The position numbers and the translations under genes are program-made. From contig CAZSWP010000004.1 in NCBI GenBank assembly GCA_964610875.1, forward strand, positions 65,469-106,088: a DNA stretch of 40,620 nt, read 5' to 3'. This stretch comes from an uncultured archaeon. Lineage in GTDB: Archaea; Asgardarchaeota; Thorarchaeia; Thorarchaeales; Thorarchaeaceae. The notes beneath the pieces were generated by a model. The model was not told the DNA's origin, did no database searches, and was given only the letters and a program-made list of their open reading frames with translations. Each line of letters opens with the position of its first letter. The first letter of the stretch is position 1. Below are positions 17,333-26,877 of this stretch, piece by piece.

Positions 17333-18481
17333 ATGTACCGCGCACGAACTATTATAGCTGCCACAATGATAGCACTGTTTCTTGTGGCACCTACCATTAT
17401 ACAAGTAACTGCCCAGGGTCCTGGGAGTGGAAACCAGAATCCTCCTCAACAACGACGTGAGAACGGTGCAGTGTTTCTCAATACAGACGTGATAACTGTG
17501 ATGGCCAATGAGGAACTGCCAATGTTTCACTTTTGGTATACCGGTGATGAAAATGGAACCACTGCCAAATTTATGGCATCATATGTCACATTGATTGAGT
17601 TTGAAGATGAGAATGATGATGGAGCCTTTCAGTCTGATGAAATCCTTAGGCATGCTCCGCTTGCAGGGTATGAGTGGACGGTTCAAACAGGGTCTGTGTC
17701 AGATGGTGATGTGACTTCTGAAGTATGGGTAAAATATACTAAAGGTGGGACACGTACTGGTGGCCCTCTTCAAGCCCTTCCAATATCAAGTCATCAAGGT
17801 CCTGGTGCTATGGATGATTTTGAAGATGTGACCATTCAGATATGGGCTCATCTATACCTGGATGATTATGAAGGTGTGGTCACTGATGACCATGGTGTAC
17901 ATACCAACTACACTGTAGTTGGCGGTGCTGAATTGAAGATGGATATCGAGATCGGGAACTTTCCATTCTCTTCAAACAATACTAGTGTGGCTCTCGAAGC
18001 CATGCTAAGAGAGGACCAAGCAACCGGTCCACAATACCAGAATCGCTATCGTTTTGAAACCCGAGAACGTAACAGAAATGTTACTGCTAATTCAGGAATG
18101 AATTGGACGGCTCCTGATGGCAATGAGACTCGTTTTCAGAATAGAAGTGATACTGCAACTGAGAGAATCGACTTTGTAGACACTGAAACCTCATCTCCAA
18201 CAGGATTCTTCAGCTGGCTTGATACTGCTGTGATAACGCATCCTGGTGGCGATACTGAGGCTGTCGAGGTCACTGCATCGTATGTTCCTACTGGAATGGG
18301 ACTTTCAGTATATCTTGCATACCCCAACTTCGGAGAAGGTTCGATTCTGCATGATCCTTCCATTGGATTATTGTCCGATGTTTCATCCACTTTGATACTT
18401 GGCATTGACAATACGGTCCTCCTTATCATAGGCGGTATCATTCTGGTCGGTATCGTAGTAGTAGTTCTTAGAAGAAGGTAA
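17333..18481 (+). CDS. Secreted, C-terminally anchored beta-rich surface glycoprotein
   Basis: Signal peptide, motifs LIEFEDENDDG, KMDIEIGNFPF and HDPSIG, and a C-terminal TM followed by RRR. Confidence 0.85.
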   Translation: MYRARTIIAATMIALFLVAPTIIQVTAQGPGSGNQNPPQQRRENGAVFLNTDVITVMANEELPMFHFWYTGDENGTTAKFMASYVTLIEFEDENDDGAFQSDEILRHAPLAGYEWTVQTGSVSDGDVTSEVWVKYTKGGTRTGGPLQALPISSHQGPGAMDDFEDVTIQIWAHLYLDDYEGVVTDDHGVHTNYTVVGGAELKMDIEIGNFPFSSNNTSVALEAMLREDQATGPQYQNRYRFETRERNRNVTANSGMNWTAPDGNETRFQNRSDTATERIDFVDTETSSPTGFFSWLDTAVITHPGGDTEAVEVTASYVPTGMGLSVYLAYPNFGEGSILHDPSIGLLSDVSSTLILGIDNTVLLIIGGIILVGIVVVVLRRR

Positions 18482-18490
18482 ATTAGTATA

Positions 18491-18509
18491 GGTGGCTATT
18501 CCAGCCACC
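18491..18509 (+). terminator. Intergenic hairpin (terminator or RNA stability element)
   Basis: GGTGGCT-attcc-AGCCACC, a perfect 7-bp stem about 10 nt after the stop. Confidence 0.45.
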
Positions 18510-18563
18510 ACCAACACATTTTAGGATAGCGATAACTATCATGAATGGTATTAATGGGAACGG

Positions 18564-19571
18564 ATGAAACACATGATGCCCAACATACCCCAATCTGCAC
18601 TCGTAGCATTGGTAGGTGTGATCTTGGTCAGTCTTCTTTCTGGTACCGCAACTCCTATCCTAGCACAGGAAGATAATCTACTTTTCTCTCCGGTGAAAAT
18701 GGACTTCAGGATTCATGCAAATGACACTGTCGAAATGATATTCAGTGCTGTAGTGTCGAATCAAGGCTCAGCATCATTGAATCAAATCTCTATTCGGATA
18801 GATTCATTGTCGATGTCAATCCTTGACAGTATGGCAAATGACACAGAGGTGATTTCCAATCTGTTCGATAGAGTAAGATACTCGCAAATTACAGTAATAT
18901 TGCCTGATTCTCTAACAACAGGACAATCAACCAGCATAAGTCTAAGATTACTGTTAGACGACATTGTGACAATTAATGAAGCAATCGAGTCCACTGAATA
19001 TCTTTACAAGGATTTTCTTATGTATATACGCCCTCTTCATCCTTATCAGAACTTGACATTATCAGTCGAACTGCCTGAGCAGGCGGTTCTATCTGAGGTT
19101 TCAGTCACACCTCTCTTCCCAACACCTTCGTCCAATTCCACCGATGGTCTATCACAGACGTATGTTTGGGAAATAGATGAGTTATTACCCGGTCAGGAAC
19201 GTGTATTCATTTCCAAATATCAACAACACATCTTCGATAATGCAATCATCCATGCCTCACCAGTTTGGGTCGTTCTATTGTCATTACTTGGTTTGATTGT
19301 TGGTATTCCTCTAGGATACTATGGTCCTGCTATACTTGAGCGAATTAGAAATGTTGGCACAGTGAGAATTGTGGGTACAACCTCTGAGGAAGAAGAAGTA
19401 GTCGAAGCTATCCGAAGAAAGGGAGGCTCCTGTCCCCAGAAAGAGCTCTATATGAATCTGGACATGTCGCAATCAAAAGTAAGTATTCTTTTAACAAATC
19501 TTGAAGAGAGAGGGCTTGTTAAGAGAATGAAGGATGGTAGAGAGAATTACATCCATCTCATTGAGAAATGA
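18564..19571 (+). CDS. Membrane-anchored winged-HTH transcriptional regulator with an extracellular domain (COG2512-like)
   Basis: Signal peptide, a beta-rich ectodomain, a TM, then a wHTH: EEEVVEAIRRKGG..QKEL...LDMSQSKVSILLTNLEERGLVKR.KDGRENYI. Confidence 0.85.
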   Translation: MKHMMPNIPQSALVALVGVILVSLLSGTATPILAQEDNLLFSPVKMDFRIHANDTVEMIFSAVVSNQGSASLNQISIRIDSLSMSILDSMANDTEVISNLFDRVRYSQITVILPDSLTTGQSTSISLRLLLDDIVTINEAIESTEYLYKDFLMYIRPLHPYQNLTLSVELPEQAVLSEVSVTPLFPTPSSNSTDGLSQTYVWEIDELLPGQERVFISKYQQHIFDNAIIHASPVWVVLLSLLGLIVGIPLGYYGPAILERIRNVGTVRIVGTTSEEEEVVEAIRRKGGSCPQKELYMNLDMSQSKVSILLTNLEERGLVKRMKDGRENYIHLIEK

Positions 19572-19659
19572 GAGTTAACTCGAAGTATTCTGTTATCAAA
19601 AGGCTTTATATCTCAACATAGCGACCCTCCATGTTGACTAAGACTCTTGAGGTGTACCA

Positions 19660-20061
19660 TTGAGTTCATCAAAAAGGATACGCGTATTGGTTGCTAAACC
19701 CGGACTTGACGGACATGATCGTGGGGCAAAAGTAGTAGCTCGTGCTCTCCGTGATGCAGGAATGGAAGTCATTTATACAGGATTACGACAGACTCCTGAG
19801 ATGGTAGTCCGGGCAGCAGTAGACGAAGCCGTAGATGTCATCGGACTTAGCATACTGAGTGGTGCTCACAATGCACTCTTTCCAAAGATCATGGAGCTTC
19901 TCAAAGAAGAAGGAAGTGACGAGGTTCTAGTGGTTGGTGGGGGAATCATCCCGGAGGATGACATTCCTTACCTGAAAGAATGTGGAATAGCTGAGATATT
20001 TGGCCCTGGAACACCACTACAGGAGATTGTTGATTATATCCGGGCCAATGTGAAGAAATAG
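19660..20061 (+). CDS. Methylmalonyl-CoA mutase, cobalamin-binding (small) subunit
   Basis: [11 protein letters not shown] (DxHxxG), [14 protein letters not shown] and FGPGT. GAGGTG RBS and a TTG start. Confidence 0.95.
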   Translation: MSSSKRIRVLVAKPGLDGHDRGAKVVARALRDAGMEVIYTGLRQTPEMVVRAAVDEAVDVIGLSILSGAHNALFPKIMELLKEEGSDEVLVVGGGIIPEDDIPYLKECGIAEIFGPGTPLQEIVDYIRANVKK

Positions 20062-20086
20062 TCGAATCTTCAGTGGGAGTGTTTGA

Positions 20087-21046
20087 TTGTCTGCATTAGA
20101 ATTAGTCGAGGGCGTTCTGAAGGGACGTCGTCGTGACCTTGCTCAGCTCATCACACTCATCGAAGATGAGGACCCTACTGCTAGTGATGCCTTGAGTAAA
20201 CTCTACAAACATACTGGTCGTGCTCATATTATTGGAGTGACAGGTCCTCCGGGTTCTGGGAAAAGCACTCTTGTCACAAGGATGACCGCTGAATTTAGAA
20301 AACGTGAGAAGACTGTTGGTATTGTTGCTGTTGATCCTTCAAGTCCCTTTAGTGGCGGTGCCCTTCTTGGTGACCGAATCAGAATGCAAGAGCACAGTCT
20401 TGACAAAGATGTCTATGTCAGAAGTATGGGTACTAGGGGACATCTTGGTGGTCTTGCAAGAGCTACTTCTGACACAGTCAGAGCAATCGATGCATTTGGC
20501 AAGGATATTATAATTGTGGAGACCGTTGGTGCTGGACAATCAGAAGTGGAAGTGATTGAGATTTCCCACACGGTGATTGTCACTGACGTACCAAGTAGCG
20601 GTGATGATATTCAAGCTATCAAAGCCGGCATAATGGAGATAGCTGACATTTTCGTAGTGAACAAATCAGATCTTCCTGGAGCTGATAAGAAAGTCACCGA
20701 GATCAATGCAATGCTGGATATTGACCAACATATGGGTCAATGGAGACCTCCTGTACTGCTCGCAAACTCTAGAACTGGAGAAGGGATTGAAGCAATCGTT
20801 GACAAGATTCACGAACATTACGAGTTTCTCACATCAAGTGGTGAGTTGAAAGAGAGAGGTCTGAAACGTAGCAAAGATGAACTCGAGCAACTGATGGAAT
20901 ATAAGTTGACCTTCGAACTCCTCACGAAACTTAGGGGTACGCCTGAATATGAAAAAGCGATAGAAAAGATTACTGAAAGGGAAGATGACCCATACTCTGT
21001 TGCTGAACGCCTAATCACTCGATTTCTTACCGAAATGAGGAAGTAG
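20087..21046 (+). CDS. meaB: Methylmalonyl-CoA mutase-associated GTPase MeaB (ArgK family)
   Basis: GPPGSGKST, AVDPSSPFSGGALLGDRIRM, ETVGAGQSE and NKSD. Confidence 0.95.
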   Translation: MSALELVEGVLKGRRRDLAQLITLIEDEDPTASDALSKLYKHTGRAHIIGVTGPPGSGKSTLVTRMTAEFRKREKTVGIVAVDPSSPFSGGALLGDRIRMQEHSLDKDVYVRSMGTRGHLGGLARATSDTVRAIDAFGKDIIIVETVGAGQSEVEVIEISHTVIVTDVPSSGDDIQAIKAGIMEIADIFVVNKSDLPGADKKVTEINAMLDIDQHMGQWRPPVLLANSRTGEGIEAIVDKIHEHYEFLTSSGELKERGLKRSKDELEQLMEYKLTFELLTKLRGTPEYEKAIEKITEREDDPYSVAERLITRFLTEMRK

Positions 21047-21052
21047 AAAAGT

Positions 21053-22720
21053 ATGTCAAAAGAGAACCTTACTCAGAAAATGGATGAATGGAAGAAGGGG
21101 ACTCTGGAGAAGACAATCAACAAATATCCTGAGAGAAAAGAGGAATTCAAGACTATCTCTGGAATTTCTGTGAAACGATTATACACTCCTCTCGACACAG
21201 AAGGGTTAAACTATCTGGCAGATTCTGGATTTCCTGGGGACTTTCCATTTACCCGTGGTGTCCAGCCAACTATGTACCGCGGTAGACTCTGGACCATGCG
21301 TCAGTACAGTGGATTCGGGACAGCAAAGGAGACCAACGAGAGATTCCATTTTCTTCTAGAACAGGGTCAAACTGGATTGTCTGTTGCTTTTGATTTGCCT
21401 ACTCAAATAGGATATGACTCTGACCATCCTATGTCTCTGGGTGAGGTTGGCAAGGTCGGTGTGGCTATTGACTCCCTCGCTGATATGGAAGTTCTATTTG
21501 AATCGATACCCTTAGATAAAGTCAGTACATCAATGACCATCAATGCTCCTGCAACAGTCTTACTTGCAATGTACATTGTAGTTGCAGAGAAGCAGGGCGT
21601 TTCGATGGACAGACTTCGAGGTACAATTCAGAATGATATTCTAAAAGAATACGCAGCACGAGGCACCTACATTTTCCCTCCAAAACCTTCTATGAGGTTG
21701 ATCACTGATTCATTTGAATTCTGTTCTGAAAATATGCCGTTATGGAATACAATATCGATATCAGGATATCATTTGAGAGAAGGAGGATCAACCGCAGTCC
21801 AAGAAGTCGCATTTACCTTAGCTAATGCTATTGCATACGTTGATGCTGCAATAGAGAAGGGTCTTGATGTTGACTCATTTGCCTCTCGTTTGTCATTCTT
21901 CTTTGGCTCTCATAGTGATTTTCTGGAAGAAATAGCAAAATTTAGAGTAGCACGTAAATTGTGGTCGAAAATCATGCGTGAACGATTCAAAACCAATGAC
22001 GACAATTCATGCAGGATGAGATTTCACACGCAGACCTGTGGATGCACTCTTGCTGCTCAACAACCAGACAACAACATTATTCGCGTAACATTACAAGCAT
22101 TACAAGCTGTTCTAGGAGGGACACAGTCTCTCCATACCAATTCTCGTGATGAAGCTTTAGCACTTCCTACTGAGGCGTCTGTGCAGATTGCTCTTCGTAC
22201 TCAACAGATTATCGGATATGAATCAGGAGTTGCTGATACCGTCGATCCTCTTGCTGGATCATATTATATCGAAGCTCTCTGTAATGAGTTAGAAGCACGA
22301 ATCCTTGAGTATATCAAGCGAATTGATGAGATGGGTGGTGCTCCTGTTGCAATTGAGCAAGGATTCATACAGCGAGAGATACATCAAAGTGCATATGACT
22401 TTCAACGTGATGTTGATGCAAAGAAGAGAATTGTTGTGGGTGTCAACCAATTCACGGTAGAAGGAGATCAGAAGATCGACTATCTTAGAGTTGATCAAAC
22501 CTCTGGGGACGAACAGGTCAAATCGCTAAAAGCACTGAAAGCAAAGCGTGATGAATTTGCAGTAGAAGAGGCATTGAATGAGCTAGAAGCAGTTGCAAAG
22601 AGTGATGTGAATATTATACCCGCGATTCTAAAAGCAGTCAAAGTCTATGCCACCTTGGGTGAGATCTGTGGTGTACTTAGGGATATATTTGGAGAGTACA
22701 AATCACCTGATATTTGGTAG
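21053..22720 (+). CDS. Methylmalonyl-CoA mutase, large (substrate-binding) subunit
   Basis: [43 protein letters not shown] and SISGYH. The Tyr in RQY and the Arg in ARGT are consistent with methylmalonyl-CoA rather than isobutyryl-CoA specificity. Confidence 0.95.
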   Translation: MSKENLTQKMDEWKKGTLEKTINKYPERKEEFKTISGISVKRLYTPLDTEGLNYLADSGFPGDFPFTRGVQPTMYRGRLWTMRQYSGFGTAKETNERFHFLLEQGQTGLSVAFDLPTQIGYDSDHPMSLGEVGKVGVAIDSLADMEVLFESIPLDKVSTSMTINAPATVLLAMYIVVAEKQGVSMDRLRGTIQNDILKEYAARGTYIFPPKPSMRLITDSFEFCSENMPLWNTISISGYHLREGGSTAVQEVAFTLANAIAYVDAAIEKGLDVDSFASRLSFFFGSHSDFLEEIAKFRVARKLWSKIMRERFKTNDDNSCRMRFHTQTCGCTLAAQQPDNNIIRVTLQALQAVLGGTQSLHTNSRDEALALPTEASVQIALRTQQIIGYESGVADTVDPLAGSYYIEALCNELEARILEYIKRIDEMGGAPVAIEQGFIQREIHQSAYDFQRDVDAKKRIVVGVNQFTVEGDQKIDYLRVDQTSGDEQVKSLKALKAKRDEFAVEEALNELEAVAKSDVNIIPAILKAVKVYATLGEICGVLRDIFGEYKSPDIW

Positions 22721-22729
22721 GTGAATACA

Positions 22730-23137
22730 ATGAGTGTAAATAAAATAGACCACATCGGGATTGCAGTGCCTAACATCGAAGAAGCTTTGGTTTATTATAG
22801 AGACACCCTCGGTTTAGAGTTTCATGGAACGGAGGTAGTAGCGGAACAAAAGGTCAAGGTTGCGTTTCTGGGAATTGGTGAGAGTAAGATCGAATTACTA
22901 GAACCTACCTCTGACGATAGTCCTGTTGCAAAGTTCATTGAAAAGAGAGGAAGTGGAATTCATCACATAGCTATCAATGTTGATGATATCGAAAAGTCCT
23001 TGAAAGCACATGCTGAAGCGGGTTACAGACTGATTGACCAAACACCAAGGAAAGGAGCTCATGAGATGTTGATTGCATTTATTCATCCGAAATCCACCTC
23101 GGGAGTTCTGTTAGAGCTCTGCCAGCCATCACACTGA
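22730..23137 (+). CDS. mce: Methylmalonyl-CoA epimerase (VOC fold)
   Basis: IDHIGIAV, EQKVKVAF, IELLEP, GIHHIA and FIHPKST.GVLLEL. AGGTGA RBS before ATG 22730. Confidence 0.95.
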   Translation: MSVNKIDHIGIAVPNIEEALVYYRDTLGLEFHGTEVVAEQKVKVAFLGIGESKIELLEPTSDDSPVAKFIEKRGSGIHHIAINVDDIEKSLKAHAEAGYRLIDQTPRKGAHEMLIAFIHPKSTSGVLLELCQPSH

Positions 23138-23223
23138 AAAAACATGGTTTTGTGCTAATTTTCTCTAATCCCTTAAATTTATTTGATTAATTGTATATAG
23201 TATAGCATTGGAGGTGTGATGAG

Positions 23224-23511
23224 CTGTCAACAGATCAACCTGTCACTCATTTTGATTATTATCGAAGAGCTAAGACTCATGAGAAGCATGGTGAATATGA
23301 GAAAGCGCTTGCAGATTATGCAAAAGCCATAGAAATTAGTACAGATTATGCTCATGCGTGGTTCTACAAGGGAAAATTGCATTATAGACTTGGTCAGTTC
23401 CGAGAATGTGAGGAGTGTGCTCAGAAAGCATTGGAACTCGCACCTGATTGGGCTGATCACTGTACGAAAATGCTGTCTGATGCACGTGCCAAATCAAGAT
23501 TTTCTAGTTAG
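23224..23511 (+). CDS. Small TPR protein (95 aa, CTG start), absent from the ORF track
   Basis: Manual translation: (M)STDQPVTHFDYYRRAKTHEKHGEYEKALADYAKAIEISTDYAHAWFYKGKLHYRLGQFRECEECAQKALELAPDW...FSS*. GGAGGTG RBS at 23210-23216. Confidence 0.85.
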   Translation: MSTDQPVTHFDYYRRAKTHEKHGEYEKALADYAKAIEISTDYAHAWFYKGKLHYRLGQFRECEECAQKALELAPDWADHCTKMLSDARAKSRFSS

Positions 23512-24553
23512 AATGCCTACCTAGAATCTCTTCAATAGCATCAGCGACATAGTCAGTGTCATCTGCGTTTACCATGCGGTTGAATACAAGTCTAGTCCGT
23601 TCCCCATACGCACCATAAACTAGTACTCCTTTCTCTTTCAATTCCTTTGAGAGAGTTGGTGCATCGATTGATAGATTTTGAAGTTCTAGAAATAGAATGT
23701 TAGTATCTGGTTTTTCTACGATAAGGTTAGGGATATGTGATAGGCGTTTGTACATGGTCTGAGCATTCTTGTGATCTTCAGCTAATCTCTCTACCATGCT
23801 CTCGAGAGCAACAATACCTGGTGCAGCAATTATTCCAGCCTGCCGCATCCCTCCGCCCATCTTCTTTCTCCAGCGTCTTGCTTCATGGACAAACTCGGCT
23901 GTTCCTGCAATTAGAGACCCGACTGGAGCCGAGAGACCCTTACTGAGACATATCATTACACTATCAACATTCTCAACGAGCTTCTTTGCAGGAATATCTA
24001 GGGCAACAGCTGCATTGAAGAGTCGTGCTCCATCACAGTGAACTCCAAGTCCGTTGTCATGTGCAACCGAAGCAAGTGCGTTTACTTTCTCTGGAGGGAT
24101 AATCACTCCTCCTGCGTAATTGTGGGTGTTCTCTATGGTCACCATCGATGTTTTTGCATAATGTGGATCATCGGGACTGATGGCGGATTGCAGTGTTTCA
24201 GGAAGGATATATCCCCGTACACCATCCACTGGTTTTGGATAGAGGCCTCCTAAGGATGCCATAGCTCCACCTTCAAAAAGAAATGTGTGTGAATTCCTCT
24301 CTACGACTATTTCTGCTCCACGATTATTCTGTGAGAACAATGAGATGAGATTTCCTTGGGTGCCTGATGTAACGAGTAGCGCTGCCTTTTTTCCAAGCAT
24401 TTTTGCAGCTTTTGCTTCTAGCTCATTGACAACGTCATCTTCTCGAACTACATCGTCTCCCAGTCTTCCTCCTTTGTGTACATCAACAATGGCTTGAATC
24501 ATTTCATCAGTAGGAAGTGTGAAAGTATCGCTTCGAACGTCAATATCTGGCAT
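23504..24553 (-). CDS. ltaE: Low-specificity L-threonine aldolase (PLP-dependent)
   Basis: RSDT, SGTQGN, ENTHN, HCDGARLFNA, the PLP-lysine motif CLSKGLSAPVGS and GGGMRQAG. Confidence 0.95.
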   Translation of the reverse strand: MPDIDVRSDTFTLPTDEMIQAIVDVHKGGRLGDDVVREDDVVNELEAKAAKMLGKKAALLVTSGTQGNLISLFSQNNRGAEIVVERNSHTFLFEGGAMASLGGLYPKPVDGVRGYILPETLQSAISPDDPHYAKTSMVTIENTHNYAGGVIIPPEKVNALASVAHDNGLGVHCDGARLFNAAVALDIPAKKLVENVDSVMICLSKGLSAPVGSLIAGTAEFVHEARRWRKKMGGGMRQAGIIAAPGIVALESMVERLAEDHKNAQTMYKRLSHIPNLIVEKPDTNILFLELQNLSIDAPTLSKELKEKGVLVYGAYGERTRLVFNRMVNADDTDYVADAIEEILGRHSN

Positions 24554-24650
24554 GAAAAATCCAATGATGTGTCCTTGTTTTAGAGTTGTTGTTTCTGCAT
24601 TAAAAGCAATTAATATAGGGAATTCAAAAATCGCTTTTCGTGTTGATTCT

Positions 24651-25955
24651 ATGACTCAGATTGAAGGTGTATCAGAGGAAGTCCAACTTGGTTATGTAGA
24701 CAAGGTTAGGCTCTTTGGTAAAGACGCTAGGCTCTTTATCATATCTAATGCAACTGCATCTTTCGCCTTTGGAATTTCAAATGTCATCTTCAATCTCTAC
24801 ATGGTAGAAGCTGGGTTTAGTGAGGACTTCCTTGGATTCTTTCTCTCAATCTCTATGTTTGCTACAGCAGGTATTGCCATTCTTGCTGGAATGCTTGTAG
24901 ATAGAAGAGCGAGGAAGCCTATCATATTCATTGCTTCAACAATCGCATTTGTAGCATTGGTCATTCAATATACCACCCTAAACCCAACCTATTTACTTCT
25001 CTCTCAAGTTATGATGGGACTTGTAAGTGCATTCAATCAGGTCTCTTGGATGCCGTTCATCACCGATCTATCATCTGAAGAAGAGAGAGCACACCTGTTT
25101 GGATTCAGTGGTGGAATAAGTCTTCTATCGGTACTTTGTGGAAATCTAATCGGTGGATACCTTCCCAGAGTACTTTTGACCATGTTCGGAATTACAAGTC
25201 TATTTGTGGCATATCAATTGACACTCTGGGTCAGTCTTGCTCCTCAGGTGATATCCCTCCTAGCACTTGTACCAATGACTCGTGACAAACCCAGTCCAAG
25301 TAAGTTCAGAATTGGTTTCAGTAATGTTACAAATCGTGGATTTATCGCAAAATACTCCTCGGCAGTAATGACAGTTGGTCTTGGTGCGGGAATGATTGTG
25401 CTTTTCTTCAACATATTCTTTGCTCAAGAATTTGCTGCTGACTCCGCCTTAATCGGAGTTATCTTTGGAATCAATACACTTGTATTAGCTGCTGGAAACT
25501 TTGCTGCACCTGCATTAGCAGATAGGATTGGCAAAGTAAGAACAGTGGTGATAACTGAAGCCTTTTCCATTCCCTTTCTATTGATGATTTCATGGGCTCC
25601 ATATCTCTACATTGCTGTTATTGCATACGTCATGCGAACTGCCCTAATGAATATGGCTGGACCAGTGTCTGGTGCTTTCTTCATGGAGGGTCTCGCGAAA
25701 GAAGAACGTGCTACAGCCATGGGAGTAGTACGAACGTTCGATAGCTTTGTCAGAGGCGTAGCAGCCAATATTGGTGGCGGGCTATTGGCAGCAGGTTTCT
25801 ATCGTGTGCCTTACATTCTTGTTTCGGGACTATACGTAGCATCAGTCATAATGTTCTACATCTTCTTCAAGACAAAAGAGAAGGAACTAGATCGTTTGAG
25901 AAAAATGGAAGTAGTTGTGGAACCGAGTGAGGAGGAACGAATTGAAGCCACCTAG
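24651..25955 (+). CDS. MFS transporter (probable start ATG 24651)
   Basis: About 12 TM segments and motif A in both halves (GMLVDRRARK, ALADRIGK). The track start at 24519 overlaps the divergent ltaE. Confidence 0.9.
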   Translation: MTQIEGVSEEVQLGYVDKVRLFGKDARLFIISNATASFAFGISNVIFNLYMVEAGFSEDFLGFFLSISMFATAGIAILAGMLVDRRARKPIIFIASTIAFVALVIQYTTLNPTYLLLSQVMMGLVSAFNQVSWMPFITDLSSEEERAHLFGFSGGISLLSVLCGNLIGGYLPRVLLTMFGITSLFVAYQLTLWVSLAPQVISLLALVPMTRDKPSPSKFRIGFSNVTNRGFIAKYSSAVMTVGLGAGMIVLFFNIFFAQEFAADSALIGVIFGINTLVLAAGNFAAPALADRIGKVRTVVITEAFSIPFLLMISWAPYLYIAVIAYVMRTALMNMAGPVSGAFFMEGLAKEERATAMGVVRTFDSFVRGVAANIGGGLLAAGFYRVPYILVSGLYVASVIMFYIFFKTKEKELDRLRKMEVVVEPSEEERIEAT

Positions 25956-26782
25956 CTGAAATAGATTTCATTCGCTCGTTTCATTATCTCCTCGTCAGCA
26001 GGGAATATCAGGGGGATGGCTTTGTATTGAGCTTCACAGGGATTACCATGTGCAACATGGAAAACCACCTTTGGTCTAGTGACATCCGTACTGTAATCGA
26101 CCTCAACTACGTAACTCATTATCGTTGATACTTGACGCAGACTGCTTGGATGTCTGCAAATAGACCCCTGTCCTTGCACTTCTCCATGGTCTTTCAAAAG
26201 ACCAAAAACGTCGCTGATCGTCTTTATGTCTTTGATTTTATCATAGCCACGGTAGAATCGCGTTTCTGAGTCCTGATATGTAGTAAAGCCAGTTTTAGTT
26301 TCTTCAGCTCGTAACTTGTGTTCAGTATCAAGCATTATGTGGTGACTTGAACGGATTACCTTTCTTTCAGACCACTCGATTGAATGCTCACTTCCAGCGA
26401 GTTCGATTACAAGCATACTGTCATCATCAGCTAAGACAATATTGCCCCATTGGTACTTTCGATCTTTTTTGAGTGCATCAACTACCAATGCTAGACCATC
26501 TTCTGCATTTTTCGCGAACATGAGAATCTGCTCAGTAAGAAGATGATAGGATGGATTAGGAGTGTTTCGGACATGCGTATTTGCTACAGCCAACCCATTA
26601 CGATTTACTCCAATCGCTAGACCTTCCACTGTCTTGGTCACAGCGTCTACTCCTCTAACCCCAAAGCAATCCACATCGTAGAAGAGCTCGTCTTTGTGGT
26701 CTTTTGAAGACAAATCTCTGTTCTTGAAGAGTAATGTTTTCTTTAATTCCGGTAGGATTACAGCTCCAGCAATGCTCGGCAT
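25952..26782 (-). CDS. Ntn-hydrolase-fold protein (peptidase C45 / acyltransferase-like)
   Basis: LFKNRD, GVNRNGLAVANT, GNIVLAD...VIE, S..R..R and KDH......ICRH......TIMS. Confidence 0.7.
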   Translation of the reverse strand: MPSIAGAVILPELKKTLLFKNRDLSSKDHKDELFYDVDCFGVRGVDAVTKTVEGLAIGVNRNGLAVANTHVRNTPNPSYHLLTEQILMFAKNAEDGLALVVDALKKDRKYQWGNIVLADDDSMLVIELAGSEHSIEWSERKVIRSSHHIMLDTEHKLRAEETKTGFTTYQDSETRFYRGYDKIKDIKTISDVFGLLKDHGEVQGQGSICRHPSSLRQVSTIMSYVVEVDYSTDVTRPKVVFHVAHGNPCEAQYKAIPLIFPADEEIMKRANEIYFS

Positions 26783-26877
26783 GACATCTACTCACTTTGA
26801 TTTTCGCAAGTTCCATATAATATAAGTTCGTGTGGTGAATACCTATGTAGATATTATTATCATGTGGAGAATATCTG

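Noticed and set aside
21053-22720. Isobutyryl-CoA or other variant acyl-CoA mutase
   Set aside because: The specificity residues Tyr (RQY) and Arg (ARGT) and the adjacent epimerase point to ordinary methylmalonyl-CoA mutase.
23227-23460. 77-aa minus-strand ORF in the track
   Set aside because: It is the antisense shadow of the real + strand TPR gene at 23224-23511.
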